A stretch of DNA of 63,988 nucleotides, the filler included, from Basidiobolus ranarum (lineage: Eukaryota), in assembly GCA_040143965.1 (NCBI GenBank). It is 3 parts of 3 records of this genome, joined end to end, with 100 filler letters (N's around TTAATTAATTAA, not from the genome) between each part and the next. Parts side by side here need not be neighbours in the genome. Positions count along the whole stretch, not along the records: positions 47,980 to 63,988 come from JASJQH010007233.1; 2 more parts are not named here. One strand, 5' to 3'. This document shows, one piece after another, positions 63,291-63,988 of this stretch. The notes below the pieces were generated by a model, which did no database searches, was not told the DNA's origin, and was given only the letters and a program-made list of their open reading frames with translations. How positions within the stretch are numbered: position 1 is the stretch's first letter; every line of letters starts with the position of its first letter. The translations under genes and the position numbers were made by a program.

Positions 63291-63988
63291 TTTCTATAAA
63301 ATGAAAGGTACCAAGTTTAAAAATTGTGACAAATATAGTTGCATTCATTCAGTTGATTTCATATATACACCTTAACCACTTGGCCATGTCATCATGTATG
63401 TATCCAATGGAGGAAAAGTAAACACCTGGTTTGATAGCAGTTATGTGTGCTTTGACATCCCATGAAAGTAGGAGAACCACACCATAGTGACCATAAATAT
63501 ATGTAAAAAGGTCAGTGAGGTAAGTCTCTGTTTCATTGCTATAATGGCAATAACATTGCACAATTCTTATCACCAATATTACTTTCAAAAATTTTCAATG
63601 GATTCTACAAAAAAGCAACATCTTGCCAAGAATCAAACTTGGATTACAGGATTCAAAGTCCTGGGTGCTAACCTTTACACCACAAAACCAATCTACTAAG
63701 CCAACACCTTATAAGGTATAAAGTCCAAATCTCTATACTTGAATGAAGCCTATTTGTCTCTAGCAGAGTGACAGAGTACATTTTTTGAGGTGTAATGCAC
63801 AAAATATAGACCCATTCTTTTCATAGTTACTTCCTGACCAAGGTATCTGTTTTGTGGATATTCATATACCAGATGACATAAAAATGTGGTTATGCCATTA
63901 GCATTCGTCGTTAATGTCTTTGCTCAACCCAACCCATTCATGCATTCTCTATGGAAACTAAACCTTTAATGACACTTCCATCGAGGGG

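Noticed and set aside
63290..63988. CpG-poor stretch with short ORFs and GT donors after the copia element
   Set aside because: No identifiable product; may be a gene relic or another repeat, and runs off the window edge.
1..63988. tRNA, rRNA, CRISPR arrays, U12-type introns, TGA-CTA readthrough PTS1 extensions, selenocysteine TGA codons
   Set aside because: None seen by eye in the genes and stop contexts examined; tRNAscan-SE, Infernal and an intron classifier would be needed to exclude them formally.

Overview
Intron-rich eukaryotic DNA with short GT-AG introns (mostly ~50-90 nt) and a fungal gene set. A five-TOG XMAP215, an Opi1 homolog and a secreted HExxH family suggest an early-diverging, zygomycete-grade fungus; this taxonomy is inference only. 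About 19 protein genes, in order: MER3 helicase, MCH-type MFS transporter, XMAP215/STU2, LIS1/nudF, two convergent DM9-repeat proteins, a bZIP factor, ORC2, PUS1, secreted GH37 trehalase, DOA1, FGGY kinase, secreted zincin, makorin-like RING/CCCH, a coiled-coil ORF, TPMT/HOL-type methyltransferase, a hidden 3-exon orphan, OPI1, a secreted Cys-rich protein, RPL19 and a DHHC palmitoyltransferase. Four strongly CpG-depleted islands (1-2400, ~22200-23963, ~47400-50500, ~60030-63900) hold decayed Ty1/copia elements with a Ty5/copia-type half-tRNA primer site and repeated LTR-into-LTR nesting. Two 100-bp assembly gaps are present. I recognised no tRNA, rRNA or CRISPR array and cannot claim an unambiguous new system. 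Best leads: three ICRE/UASINO motifs upstream of OPI1, a likely GC-AG intron near the 5' end of MER3, self-nesting copia elements in CpG-depleted islands, an intron-rich/intron-lost DM9 pair, recurrent C-rich 3' UTR tracts, and the spliced orphan gene. All exon boundaries and counts were read by eye.
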